Below are positions 1-14,104 of a DNA stretch of 64,000 bases, in pieces. The notes below the pieces were generated by a model. That model was not told the origin of the DNA. It searched no databases and was given only the letters and a program-made list of their open reading frames with translations. This DNA is from the human T2T-CHM13v2.0 reference genome, Homo sapiens: NCBI RefSeq assembly GCF_009914755.1, contig NC_060926.1, one strand, 5' to 3'. Every line of letters starts with the position of its first letter. Within the stretch, counting starts at the first letter, position 1. The position numbers and the translations under genes are program-made.

Positions 1-438
1 ACACGACGGAAGAGCCTGACCTATGAGTCAACAAGGGCTAGCTGCTGTGTGGCTGTCCCAGGCCATCCACCATTCTGCATGTTTCTTGCTACAGCACCCA
101 GGACTTTGCTGTTTGCACTTCCTCTGAGAGCAGACACCTCTCATGAACTCCTCTGAGTCTTCGTCCTTGTAAATATCTGCAGTGTGGAATCAGTCTGCAG
201 CTAACACTCCTCCAGGTTGCTCATGAAGTCACATGCAAGGGTCATCGGCAATGGTGAAGAGCTGCAGAACTAACATACCAGAGGGAGTGGCAAAGCTTTC
301 TAAACTACAAAGTCTTTATAGCTGTGATCCTTGCTCTGGAGTTTCTAACTCCCACCTGAGAGGGTCTCAAGCTTATCCTTATTTTTCAGGATGTGGCTTA
401 TTGTATCCTCTTGATCCTCACTCTGCATCTGCTTACAT

Positions 439-985
439 TGTTACTGGAAGAGGTCTGGATCCAGACCCCAAGAGAGGGTTCTTTGATCTCATGCAAGAAA
501 GAATTCAGGGCAAGTCCACAGAGAAAACTAAAAGCCAGTTTATTAGGAAAGTAAAGGAATAAAAGAATGGGCTACTCTATAGACACAGCAGCCCTGAGAG
601 CTGTTGGTTGCCTATTTTTATGGTTATTTCTTGATGATATGATAAACAAAGGGTGGATTATTCATGCCTCCCCATTTTGGACCAGATAGGGTAACTTCAT
701 GACATTGCCATAGCATTTGTAAACTGTCATGGCGCTAATAAGAGTGTAGCAGTGAGGATGACCAGAGGTCACTCTCATGGCCATTTTGGTTTTGGTGGGT
801 TTTAGCCAGTTTCTTTACTGCAACCTGTTTCATCAGCAAGGCCTTTGTGACCTGTGTCTTATGCCAGTCTCCTATCTCATCCTGTGACTTAGAATGCCTA
901 ACTGGGAATGCAGCCCAGGAGGTTTCAGCCTTATTTTACCCGCCCCCTACTCAAGATGGAGTCACTCTGGTTCAAACGCCTGACA
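439..985 (-). mobile_element. MER41A-like ERV1 solo LTR
   Basis: Reverse complement begins TGTCAGGCGTTTGAACCAGAGTGACTCCATCTTGAG and ends TTCCAGTAACA, matching recalled MER41. The 4-bp TSD ACAT is at 435-438 and 986-989. Confidence 0.88.
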
Positions 986-1044
986 ACATCACAGTGTTTC
1001 ACTCCTAGAAACGTTGAATGCTTGAAATAATAGTTAGCACTCAG

Positions 1045-1665
1045 TGTGGCAGATTGTAGTCTCCATAGTAATAATTCTGGTCCCACATGGTCTTCCAGAA
1101 TTTTGTGATCAAGAAGCAGAGCAGATTTACCCACACCATGAGTCTTGACAGGTCTTAATGGCTGGCCCAACAAAGAGGCGTGGCAGAAGGGACACAGGGA
1201 GCTTCTAAAGCTGGATTCGAAAAGGTACTACAGTTTTAGCCTCCTTCTCTCTCTCCCTCTCTTTTACTCTCTCTTTCTCTGCGTTTGTCTCTATTTTAGG
1301 AGCCTTCATCTACCACATAAGAATTGCAGCAAACCCTGCAGCTATCCTGAAGCTGCCATGCTGAAAAGGCCAATTGGGAGACCACATAGAGACCGAGAGA
1401 GACTTCCAAGGACTCCAGCCAATCCTGGGCCCCAGCAGTTTGAATCTCCCAGCAATGCCACCATACAGGAGAGGGAGCAAATACTCAGAAGATTCAAGTG
1501 CCAGCTGCATGGGTTGATACCTACATAAAAGGCATTGGGTAAGAACTTTTGCACTGAGTCCAGTCAACCGCCAGAAATGTGAGAAATAATAATAAAATGA
1601 ATACTGTTGTTTAAGGCCCCTACGGTATAGGGCAACTTGTTATTCAGCAACAGTTTGCTGGAAAA
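1045..1665 (+). mobile_element. MaLR MLT1G/H-type 5' LTR
   Basis: TGTGG start; MLT1 motifs (GCTGCCATGCTG..AGGCC, AATAAAATG..TGTTGTTTAAG..TTGTTATTCAGCAA); directly followed by MaLR internal sequence. Boundaries approximate. Confidence 0.7.
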
Positions 1666-2717
1666 CCTACTGATACCTGTAAGTGAAGTGTTGCTCTAAC
1701 AGAATCTGAGACATGAGGCAGTGGCTTTGGGACTAAGTAACTAAGGGGCTTTAGGATTAAGGGATGATGCAAACATTGAAAAAGCCTTGGAAAAACAGTG
1801 GGAGCTTAATGAACCCCAAAGAGATTATCAGGAAAGACTTCAAAGGAAGTGAGAATAAGGCGATTAGGAGTTGGAAGAAAGGAGACTTTCTTACAGAGTG
1901 GTAGAAAGTTTAACATCACTACTTCCAGCTGTAAGGTGGAAAATAGGCAGTCTATCTCATGCCTTGGATGATCCAGCCAAGATTTCTAGGTGGAGTGTTG
2001 ATAGTGCTATGTGGCTTCTTCTTATTAAATATAGTAAAATGCGAAAGGAGATAGAAAATCTAAAGAAAGAACTGTTAAATATAAAAGAGCTAGGACCTGC
2101 CAGGTTTTGAAATAAAACTTTTTCTTGTGCCGAGCCCCACCAGTGGCCAAACAATGCTGAAATTCAGAAATGACTTCTGGAAAGGAGACAAATTTATAAT
2201 TTTAGGAAAATATGATGTAAGGGAGAAGCTAAGAGTATCAAAGTAAAACACTTTGTTAAGTCCATAGAGCAATTTAAGGTGTTGCCTAATAGACCCTTTC
2301 AATAGACAGAAATCCTTCTAAAGATCTTGAGGGCATGACTTGAAGATTCTATTCTTTAACCAACAGTTTTTCTGAGAATGTTAAGATCATTGTCCCACAG
2401 TGTTCCCCAAGGGAATCCATGGCACAGAAAGAATTATCTTGAAGAAATTGTGGAGTGGCTTGGATCTAATGGAGTGAATTATAAATTGATTCATTGAAAA
2501 CCCAGAATGTTTCTAAAGGAAATTTATTAGCTTACAGTGAAAGGGCTATCAAAACTAAGAAAATACAAAGAGATATCAGAATCTTTTGTTTCTATAGGTG
2601 GGAAGCAGGCTGAAAAACTACAAAGTTGGGTACATGTGCTACATTTTTCAGAGCTATATACCATGGGAATGATTTCCAGACATTAGAGCTAAGCTCTGAT
2701 TAACAACTGACAACTTG

Positions 2718-3893
<1,176 letters not shown>

Positions 3894-4812
3894 TTTCAGG
3901 GAAATGAAAGTCAAAACCGCAATGACATATTACCTCACACCTGTTAGTATGGTTAATTTCAAAATAAGAAACAGAAGTTAATGAGTGTAGTGCAGATGTG
4001 GAAAATTTGGAACCCTCGTATGCTGTTGATGTGAATGCAAAATGGTATAGCCACTGAGGAAAACGGTGTTGAAGTTTCTCAAAAATTAAAAATAGAACTA
4101 CCATATGATCTAGTAATCTTCCATCTGGTTACATATTCCAAAGAATCGAAATCAGGATCTTGAAGAGATATCTGAACCCCTATGTTCACTGCAGCATTAT
4201 TCACAAGAGCCAAGATATGGAAATAACCTGTGTCCATTGACAGACGAATAGATGAGGGAAACGTGGCATATACACACAGTGGAATATTATTCGGACTTAA
4301 AAAAAGAAGGAAATCCTGAATCCTGCTATTTCTGACAACATGAGACTGCAGGACGTTATGGTAAGTGAAATAAGACAGTCACAGAAGGACGAATACTGTA
4401 AGATTCCACTTTTATAAGATGTGTATAATAGTAAAACTTACAGAAATAAGAATACAGTAGTAGTTGCCAGGGGTTAAGGGGATGGAGAAAACAGGAATTT
4501 GTTTTTCAATGGGTTTAAAAGCTTAGCTAGATGAAGAAGTTCTAGAGATATGTTGTACAACACAGTGCCTGTAGTTAACAAGGTCCTATGTACTTTAAAA
4601 TGTGTTAAAAGGCTAGAACTCATGTTAAGTGTTTTTGCCACAGGCACACATCAAAGACCTCAAAACATAGGGACACAAGGAAACATTGGGAGGTGTTGGA
4701 TGTGTCTATTAACTTCATTGTAGAGATGGTATCCTCAGTGTTTACATACTTACAAACTCACCAAATTCTACATATTAAATATCTACAGTTCTTTGTAAAG
4801 CTGTTTAAAAAA
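3894..4812 (+). mobile_element. L1MA-type 3' end (end of ORF2 plus 3' UTR)
   Basis: CAGGGAAATGAAAGTCAAAACCGCAATGAC..AAAATAGAACTACCATATGATC..GCAGCATTATTCACAA; ends AAAGCTGTTTAAAAAA. Confidence 0.85.
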
Positions 4813-5190
4813 GCTGACAACCTGTGCCAGGGTTGATTTCAGGAACGCTACAGACCAGCAACTTCTATGTGCACCGCAGTATTCCCCCTTTGAAAGGGAA
4901 TGTCTATAGTGGTTATCCTATGCTTGTTGAACTTGTCTGTGATAAGTGTAGAGAGGGAAGGTGGAGGGTAACTTTTCTCTTGTGATCTGAAAATTGTAAG
5001 TCTTTACATCAAGAGGAGACATTCTCGAGGAACTGTAGTTGAGGAAGTGTACTCTAGGAGCCTCATTATACCTGGAACTAATTAAGATGATAAAATTCTG
5101 GCTCTAAGGCCTCATCCTGATCCCATCATGAAATAAGGCTTTAGGAGGTCTTGGAGGTAAGGGTTAGTGTATTTTTAATGTGTAAGGAAA

Positions 5191-5666
5191 GTAGATTATT
5201 GTGGCCAGAGAAGACTCTCACCAATTGTTGTTTTTTCAGAAAATGGCCACATCATGCTCTTCTAGAACTTTCTCATCCCTCAGTCAAGAGGTGGAGCCTA
5301 TTTACCCTTGACCTTGAAATTGATCAGGACTTTGTCACTGCCTTGCTCTTAACATCACCATGCTGGAGAAATAGCATGGCAAGGCCAGCTGGTGATAGAG
5401 AAAGATGCCTAAGGAGCTCCAGCTGCTATTTTCCCTGGATTTTTGAGTCTTCCCAGTCCAGCCAGACATATGACTGGGCAAAACCCTCAGGTAACTACAG
5501 CCTTATCCACTGTCTGACTATCACAAAATGAGAGACCTTGGGTGAGGACCACCTACCTGAGCCCAGTCATCCTGCAGAGATGCGAGAAAAATAAGAATGT
5601 CATTATTGTTATTTTAAAATCACTGAGTTTGGGTTAATTTGTATGCAGCAATAGATAACTGGGACA
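5191..5666 (+). mobile_element. MaLR MLT1G/H-type 3' LTR
   Basis: CAAGAGGTGGAGCCTATT, CTGAGCCCAGTCA, and the typical end TTTGTATGCAGCAATAGATAACTGGGACA. Confidence 0.7.
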
Positions 5667-6769
5667 CAAAGATAGACTGTAAAAAAATAAAGAGGGAATG
5701 GTTAAGCTAAAAACATTGTGATCAAATCAATGTTTAGTAAGTAAGCAAGAAAGATGGCTATCCAGGGAAGAGAGATTGCACAACAAAATGAAAATGAAAC
5801 AAGCAAAGAAACAAAGCATGGATTATAACTTGTAAGAGAGAAAACCATATTAAGGGGAGTTATTTGAATATTTTGTATGAAAATACAGAAATCAGATATA
5901 AGTGAGCTGACACTGACTTTGGAGGCAGGAGGAAAACTGATGGGGAATTCTGGGAAAACAGAATGATACAAAGCAGAATCCTCAATGTCCCTACCCAAAA
6001 CCTAATGAAATAAACAGAAATCAGCAACTCCAAGAACAATACAAAAGTAAATGGAGCAAAAATTATTATTCATTTTGAAAAAGATAATCTAGAAACAGAG
6101 AGACAGAGGAATCTAGAAAATAGTACACAAATTCTTGTCTGAGAAGTGTCTGAGAAGACATCTATAGGCAAAACTGCATAAAATTCTCTCCAGTTTGGAA
6201 GGCCATCCTGGGTAATTTTATAAAATGTCTCTTTCATAATAGAAGCCTCTTCCCAACATCATAGATGAAAAATTTTTCAACGAAGGGAAAATCTGTTAGT
6301 GCTCATCAATCTTCCCCTACACCTCAAGGATGAGGGAGTAGAGGCATAGATTGAGCACAACTAATTATTTCCAGTAATAAACAACATCAAGATAAGACAA
6401 AGTCTTGAGGCAATTTGGTTGTCCCTTGACAAAGGGAATAATGTGAAAGGAGGTAAAAAAAAAAAAAAAAAAAAAGAGCTCTATATGGCCTTTCTTCCTA
6501 TAGCACCTTGTTTAAATAATAAATTTCACTCATTTTCCCCACCTCTGGCTTGGTCAGAAGAGGGATAACAGCATAGAATAGCTCAGGAGGATGGCAATGT
6601 GAAACTGTAGTAGCTATAAAGTGATGTCTACATAGCAGAAAATCCAATATAAACATAATATCTCTACTCACCTAAGAAAGATACACCTTGGAGTACTCAT
6701 AATAAACTCTATAATAATAATAAAATTACATGAAATTGAGCAGAAAACAACAAATCAAAATAGTCACAA

Positions 6770-8260
6770 CTGCATCTGAGGCCCCTTAAGAAAACAGACA
6801 CCTGCAAACAGACATCAGCAGTAACCAAGTCACAAGCTGAACCTCTAGTGGGATAAACAAATAAGCCTCCACTAAGATAGGCGGGTAAGCAAGAATAATT
6901 TGTATATGCTATATATGCACAAAGAAAGTGCCCACATAGAGGGGCTAATATCAAAGATGAGCAAAATGAAAAAAAGAGTCATGGCACTCTTAACAATTAT
7001 GAAGGAAAAGAAAAAAGGAGAAGGAGGAGGAGAAGAAAGCAAGCTAGCATATAAAATAGAAAAGAAGAATTTATTCTAGAAGAAGGTATACACCAAGTAA
7101 TAGAATAAATATTCTGATAAAACACTTTCTGAGAAGAACTTATAAAAACACCAAAACTACAATGAAAATAATGAACAGATTGATATAAATAAAAATATAG
7201 ATATAAAATATAACACCACCGAATTAATTTGCAAAAGTAGTGAAAGTATTTGAAGATCAAGCAACAGCACTGCAGATTAATAAACATGCTTTAGAGGGTA
7301 AGGAAAAGAGAAGATGCCAGTTGAAAATCAATACTGTGTTATGGAAGAGAGAATTGAAATAATCATGAAGATTGTCATTAGAAAGCATGGCAGGATGACA
7401 ACAATTTCAATGAAGATGGCAGATACGGAAGTTATGCATCAAAGGAGCAGCATGTGAGCATCTGTGTCCTTGAGATGGAGAAGAGAAAATAATGGAACAG
7501 ATAAAGAACACTCAGAGATACAGAAAAATATTTCCTGAAATGAAACATTTGCCAAACCTTCAAACATGAGAAGCTTTTACATCCACGTATGTAAATGGAG
7601 TAAAAGAGATCCCTTGATCTGACATGAATCTTAGCTCCATTCTTTAGTAGCTGTGACTCTGGGCAGGTTTGTCAGGCTGATTTTTTAATCTGCAAAGTGT
7701 GACTATTAAAAATCCCAGCTTCATGGTTTGTTGTGAATGGGAATGAAATGAGGTAATATATGTCATGTACTTCGGTGAGTTACTGGTACAGAGGATATTC
7801 TTTTCAAGTATCAGCTATTGTTTGTATCTTGGTAAAGTTCCTGAACATTATCGGGGGAAGAAAGAATCCTGTACGAGGAAAAAAAAACAAAAGTTGCATT
7901 GCATTCAAACTTCTACACTGCATCAGTTAGTGCCAGAAGACAATGCAGAAATTCCAGCGGAGGCTTGTGGGGTGGAAATATGTATGATCTGTGAATGTTA
8001 TAGACAGACTGATAGTCATTCAGGTATAAAGGAAATCGAGAGGCATCCTAAAAATTGCTAGGATACAGAAACTGAAACCTTTTTGAAAAAGCTCACTGAT
8101 GAAAACAAGAAATTTCCATAGCAAAAAAATTGAACTAATGGAATAGAAAGACCTTCTATGAAAGGACTGGCAGTAAGTACTAAATCCATTTAAATATAAA
8201 ACCAAAGTGAAATAATTGAGGAAATTATGGTTACGTAAAATATATATTTTAAAACAGAAA
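6770..8260 (+). mobile_element. ancient L1M ORF1-region remnant, with a MIR at ~7610-7790
   Basis: A-rich degenerate ORF1-like sequence (AATGGAACAG..TTTCCTGAAATGAA; CAAACTTCTACACTGCA..GCCAGAAGACAATG). Limits approximate. Confidence 0.5.
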
Positions 8261-9634
8261 AAAAGATTTTTTTCATTATGAATAAAAACAACTATATAAC
8301 TCTGATGGACCCTGGAAAAATGTTTTAAAACAAATAGGAAGTAGGGAGGGAAAAGAGAATGTGTAAGTTTCGTATTTCCCTATGTTCACAGTGGTAGGTC
8401 AAAAAATGGCAGGTTTATTGGAAAAGTTCATTTTTATAAAAAGGTAAATCCTAAAAAACCAATGATGCAAAATCTTTCTAAATTTTGAAAAAGGAAATGC
8501 AAATTAAAACAAAACAGAAACAAATGTTCCCTACAAACCTTGACCTTTTTGAATGAGATGAAATGCACATGTCTCTGTGCATAGGCTAAGATCTGGAGGA
8601 GTGACATGAACAGTGACTGCTCCTTGGGCAGTATGAATGAGTGGAGGTGGTAGAATAGGAATGGGCTTTTCATGTCCTTCTTTCTGGTTATTTACTTTGC
8701 TTGTTTTTGTTGAGAAAAAAAATCACAAATACAGATTAGTATGAAGAATAAGGTGAGAAACTGCTAGGTATCTATTACCCTGAATTGACAGTTTCACATT
8801 GTGTTATATTTATTTCAAGACATTTTTAAAGAAAGAAAGAAAACATAACAGATTAATCACATTCTCCATCTGCCTTCCCCCTTTCACTCTTCTCTGAGAC
8901 AGACACTGTGAAGAACTTGTGTATATCTGTTGAACCAAATTATAAATTAACATACATATGTCCATGAACAACATATCTATTCATACTTGAGAAATATATT
9001 TGAAACCATTAGATCTTTTAACAATTACAGAAATAGTATCATGCTATGTTATATTGCTAAATGCATTATCAAACATGCTTTTTCATTACCTTTTTTTTGA
9101 GAACATGTGGAGGGATTATTTTAAGGTAAATGAAATAGTTTGGTTAAAGAGAAAGCACATACAATATTGCCAATTCCTGCCAAGTGGTAGCATCACTAAA
9201 TTCAGTGTAAAATAAGTTTGTGAACACACAAAATGGATGAATTTCCAGGAAAATATCAAGGACAGAAATGCATTTCAAAAATGATCTCATCAACTCAAAC
9301 AAACAAATGCCACAGTTTTTTAAATAAGGGAGTATGGGACAATTCCCCTGCCTCATACACACCCATACTCACACATCACAGCACATGCTAAGAAGGTGTT
9401 GCACAGGAAAATTACTTTTACATTTTTGAATACTATGTCACTTCAGCGTGTTTAAATTCTTCCAGCCAAGAGAAGAAAAATTTTCAGATTCTTTTTACCA
9501 AGCCAGCATGAGGTTAAACCCCAAATCTGAAAATGACCGCAATGAGAAAATGACTGATGAATGCCACATATGAACATCTACATAAAAATCCAAATAAAAT
9601 TCAAAACTCTAATTCTATAGTGTATTATATTTTA

Positions 9635-9832
9635 AAATGATATATATTCAAATATATAAGACACATGCATACACATATGCATAGAAATGTATATATACTT
9701 ATGTATATCTACAGATATGAATATGTACATACAAGCAAATTATATATATTTACAAATATACTACATAAAATATATATTAATACACATGAATATATATCTA
9801 TACATATATGTAGGTGTGTGTAATATATGTGT
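9635..9832. repeat. (TA/CA)-rich low-complexity tract
   Basis: Imperfect ATATAT/ACATAT repeats. Confidence 0.7.
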
Positions 9833-10544
9833 GCAGCAAAGTGAATTTTAGCTTAGAAATATCAGAAAAATTCAAAAAAAAATTACTAATTTTAGAAATA
9901 CTAATTAAAGAGTTAATTCCTTTTCTTGCTAAGAAGTAAATCAAAGGTCAACATTATAATTGAAAACTAACTACTTTCTAAATTCTGCTACATTTCAGGA
10001 TGCGAACAATCAATATTTACTGGCTTTATTTAAAAATAACTAAGATAAAAGCATAGTCATATGCATCTGTCCACCATTCAGCATTAACAAGTATTAAAAT
10101 ATGTTATATGCTTTTCAGGTCTGTTTTTGTTTTTCAGGAAACAGAAAGACCAAAAATAAAATTGAAACTAATTTTTGCATATAAACACTTCCTAAGTGTG
10201 TTGCTGATTCTTGAAGCATGCATATATGGGACAAAATACAGCTGAATTGCAAAAGGCAGAATTTTCTATTTGAGTTCAATCAAGGGAAACCTGCTTGATT
10301 CCAACCAAGTTAAATCTGCTTAAAAGATAATCCACACTCTTCAGAGAAATGTAAGAGAATCCAGCCTGCAACCCAATCCAACACCGCTCCCTAGCACATG
10401 ATTTAAATATGCAGAATGTGTTCTGCGTATCTTGTTATATGGGTATCAAGTGCCTTGGGTTGTAATCCAGAAGTACTTGGCGTAAAAAGAATGAGGAAAA
10501 TGTGATCAATTCTTAAGAGAAAAGACAACTGATAGAGACAATCT

Positions 10545-11135
10545 GACAGGTGAACCAGTTTGGTGCACTCAGAAAGTTAGACATAGAGCTACCATATGAC
10601 AAACAATTCCACTCCTAGGTGTATGCCCAAGGTACTTGAAAACGTACATTCATAGAAACTCATAACAAATGTTCATAGCAGCATCATTCGTAATAGCCCC
10701 AAAGTGTAAACAACCAAATGCCTATCAGGTGACTAAATGGATAAATAAAATGTGGTACATATACCTAGTGGAATATTACCCGGTGATAGAAAGTAACAGA
10801 GTATGGACATATGCTACAGCAGAATTTGAAAAGTATGATGTGAAGTGAAAGAAGCCAGGCACAAAAAACCATGTATCTTGTGATTCCATTATATGAAATG
10901 TGAAGAATAGGCAAATCCATAAAGGCATAAAGTAAATAAGAAGTTGTCAGGCTCCACGGGTGGGTAGAATGGACTGGGACTGCTAATGGGTACAGGGTTT
11001 CTTTTAGGGGTATGAAAATATTTTAAAATTAAATAGTAGTAATGATTGCACAAGTCTGTGAATATGCCAAAGGAATACTGAGTGTTATAAATCAAAAGCG
11101 TGAATTTTATAACATATAAATTATACTCCAATAAC
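10545..11135 (+). mobile_element. L1MB 3' end
   Basis: ACCATATGAC..CAATTCCACTCCTAGGT, AATGTTCATAGCAGCATCATTCGTAATAGCC, CTGCTAATGGGTACAGGGTTTCTTTT. Confidence 0.85.
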
Positions 11136-11372
11136 ACTATTATTTTTTGAATTTCCAATAATCATTTTGTATAACCTGATACATCGATCCCAAAAGGCAT
11201 ACATAGAATAGCCAAGAACAGTCATTTATATTTGAATGAAAATATAGTGGAAGCACTTGCCCTAGCCAAAAGAAAAAAAAAAATCAAGATTTACTATAAT
11301 AATTTTAAAAGTGTGGTGTAGTATTAGTTTAGAAATAGAAAAATGGAGTTATGATTCAAGGTATAGAATCCT

Positions 11373-11693
<321 letters not shown>

Positions 11694-12522
11694 TCATTTA
11701 AACCAGATGGGGAAAGGATTATACAATACTTGGTGCTGCAAAATCTGCTATCTACACAGGGAGAAACGATGCCTCTACCCCAAACTGCGTAAGATAAATA
11801 TCCTTCTCAGTTGATTAAAACCTAAAAAGCAACGGACTTTTAAATCACCTGAAAAAACAGACTGTAAGTTAACATTATAACATTATAATGTTATAAAGTT
11901 ATAACATTTAACCTTGGGCTTGGCAATGAAGAATTTCTTAAATAAAACACAATGAACATAACTCTTAATGAAAAACATTGATAAAATCAACCACCTTAAA
12001 ATAGAAAATTTTGTACAACAAAAGACAATGCAGCTTTTTTTTTTTTTAATGAAAAAAGCTACAGGATGTCAGAAGGTATTTGCCATTTATATCACCAACA
12101 TATAATTGACGGTTATTGGATATGCAAAAAAATACTAGAAACAGCCTACTTGTTCATTATCACAAAAATGATGAAGGATAAATAAAGTATACAATAATCC
12201 AATTGCAAAGAATACTACACCTCAGCTAAAATGAAAAGGGAACTATGTATTAATGTAGATAAGTTTATTAGTATAAAAGTTATTTTACTTATTGATCTAT
12301 AATCCTCTTACTGATTTTAGGATCTATAAGACCTATATTTCCTTACAATCCAATTAAAGACTATAGGATATCTTTTATTCTGATATTGAAAATTTATATT
12401 TTCTTTTTTCCATCTTTAAGAATTTTTTAGGAATGTATTAATTTTATTAATCTCCACAAAAAAATCCATTTAGATTTTTTCTCTTTTCTAGTTTGTTCTG
12501 CTTTCTATTTCATTAAATTCTT

Positions 12523-12756
<234 letters not shown>

Positions 12757-13186
12757 TGTCAGGCCTCTGAACCCAAGCCAAGCCATTGCATCCCCTGTGA
12801 CTTGCACGTATACGCCCAGATGGCCTGAAGTAACTGAAGAATCACAAAAGAAGTGAAAAGGCCCTGCCCCGCCTTAACCGATGACATTCCACCATTGTGA
12901 TTTGTTCCTGCCCCACCTTAACTGAGTGATTAACCCTGTGAATTTCCTTCTCCTGGCTCAGAAGCTCCCCCACTGAGCACCTTGTGACCCCTGCCCCTGC
13001 CCAGCAGAGAACAACCCCCTTTGACTATAATTTTCCATTACCTTCCCAAATCTTATAAAACGGCCCCCCCTATCTCCCTTCGCTGACTCTTTTCAGACTC
13101 AGCCCACCTGCACCCAGGTGAAATAAACAGCCATGTTGCCCACACAAAGCCTGTTTGGTGGTCTCTTCACACGGACGCTCATGGAA
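12757..13186 (+). promoter_or_regulatory. HERV-H 5' LTR (LTR7 family, LTR7Y-like)
   Basis: Starts TGTCAGGCCTCTGA. U3 carries TTGTGATTTGTTCCTGCCCCACCTTAACTGAGTGATTAACC (LTR7Y/7B type). KLF-like GC boxes at ~12866 and ~12911; TATAAAA 13054-13060; AATAAA 13122-13127. Confidence 0.93.
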
Positions 13187-13188
13187 TT

Positions 13189-13206
13189 TGGTGCCGTGAC
13201 TCAGAT
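13189..13206 (+). other. primer binding site, tRNA-His
   Basis: TGGTGCCGTGACTCAGAT, one mismatch from the canonical HERV-H PBS TGGTGCCGTGACTCGGAT. Confidence 0.95.
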
Positions 13207-13329
13207 CGGGGGACCTCCCTTGGGAGATCAATCCCCCTTCCTCCTGCCCTTTGCTCTGTGAAAAAGATCCACCTATGACCTCAGGTTCTCTGACTGACCA
13301 GCCCAAGAAACATCTCACCAATTTCAAAT

Positions 13330-13338
13330 CCGGTAAGC
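13330..13338 (+). promoter_or_regulatory. HERV-H major splice donor
   Basis: CCG|GTAAGC with GT at 13333, ~145 nt downstream of the 5' LTR, where HERV-H chimeric RNAs usually splice. Confidence 0.75.
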
Positions 13339-13624
13339 GGCCTCTTTTTACTCTCTTCTCCAACCTCCCTCACTATCCCTCAACCTCTTTCTCCTTTCAA
13401 TCTTGGCGCCACACTTCAATCTCTCCCTTCTCTTAATTTCAATTCCTTTCATTTTCTGGTAGAGACAAAGGAGACACGTTTTATCCGTGGACCCAAAACT
13501 CCGGCGCCGGTCACGGACTGGGAAGGCAGCCTTCCCTTGGTGTTTAATCATTGAAAGGACACCTCTCTGATTATTCACCCACGTTTCAAAGGTGTCAGAC
13601 CATGCAGGGACGCCTGCCTCGGTC

Positions 13625-13926
13625 CTTCACCCTTAGCGGCAAGTCCCGCTTTTCTGGGGAAGGGGCAAGTACCCCACCCCCTTCTCTCCTTGTCTCTACC
13701 CCTTCTCTGCTTTTCTGGGGGAGGTGAAAGTACCCCTCAACCGCTTCTCCTTCACCCTTAGTGGCAAGTCCCGCTTTTCTGGGGGAGGGGCAAGTACCCC
13801 TCAACCCCTTCTCCTTCACCCTTAGTGGCAAGTCCTGCTTTTCTGGGGAAGGGGCAAGTACCCCAGCCCCTTCTCTCCGTGTCTCTACCCCTTCTCTGCT
13901 TTTCTGGGGGAGGGGCAAGTACCCCA
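13625..13926 (+). repeat. HERV-H leader tandem repeat, five units of ~61-64 bp
   Basis: Core GCTTTTCTGGGG(G/A)AGGGGCAAGTACCCC at ~13648, 13709, 13773, 13837 and 13898. Confidence 0.9.
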
Positions 13927-14104
13927 ACCTCATATCTCTGTGCCCCAATCCCTTATTTCCACACCCCAACCTCTTATCTCTGTGCCCCACTCCCTTATTT
14001 CCGTGTCCCGACCCCCCTTCCCACTTTTCTGGAGGGTAAGAACCCCCAAACCCCTTCCCTCCGTGTCTCTACACTCTCTTTTCTCTGGGTTTGCCGCCTT
14101 CACT

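Noticed and set aside
439-985. MER41 as an interferon/STAT1 enhancer
   Set aside because: This copy resembles MER41A and I see no tandem GAS block as in MER41B. Its CArG-like box reads CCCTATCTGG (mutated).
13625-13926. Repeat-spacer pattern superficially like CRISPR
   Set aside because: The spacers are themselves repeated, it lies in a retroviral leader in primate DNA, and there are no cas genes.
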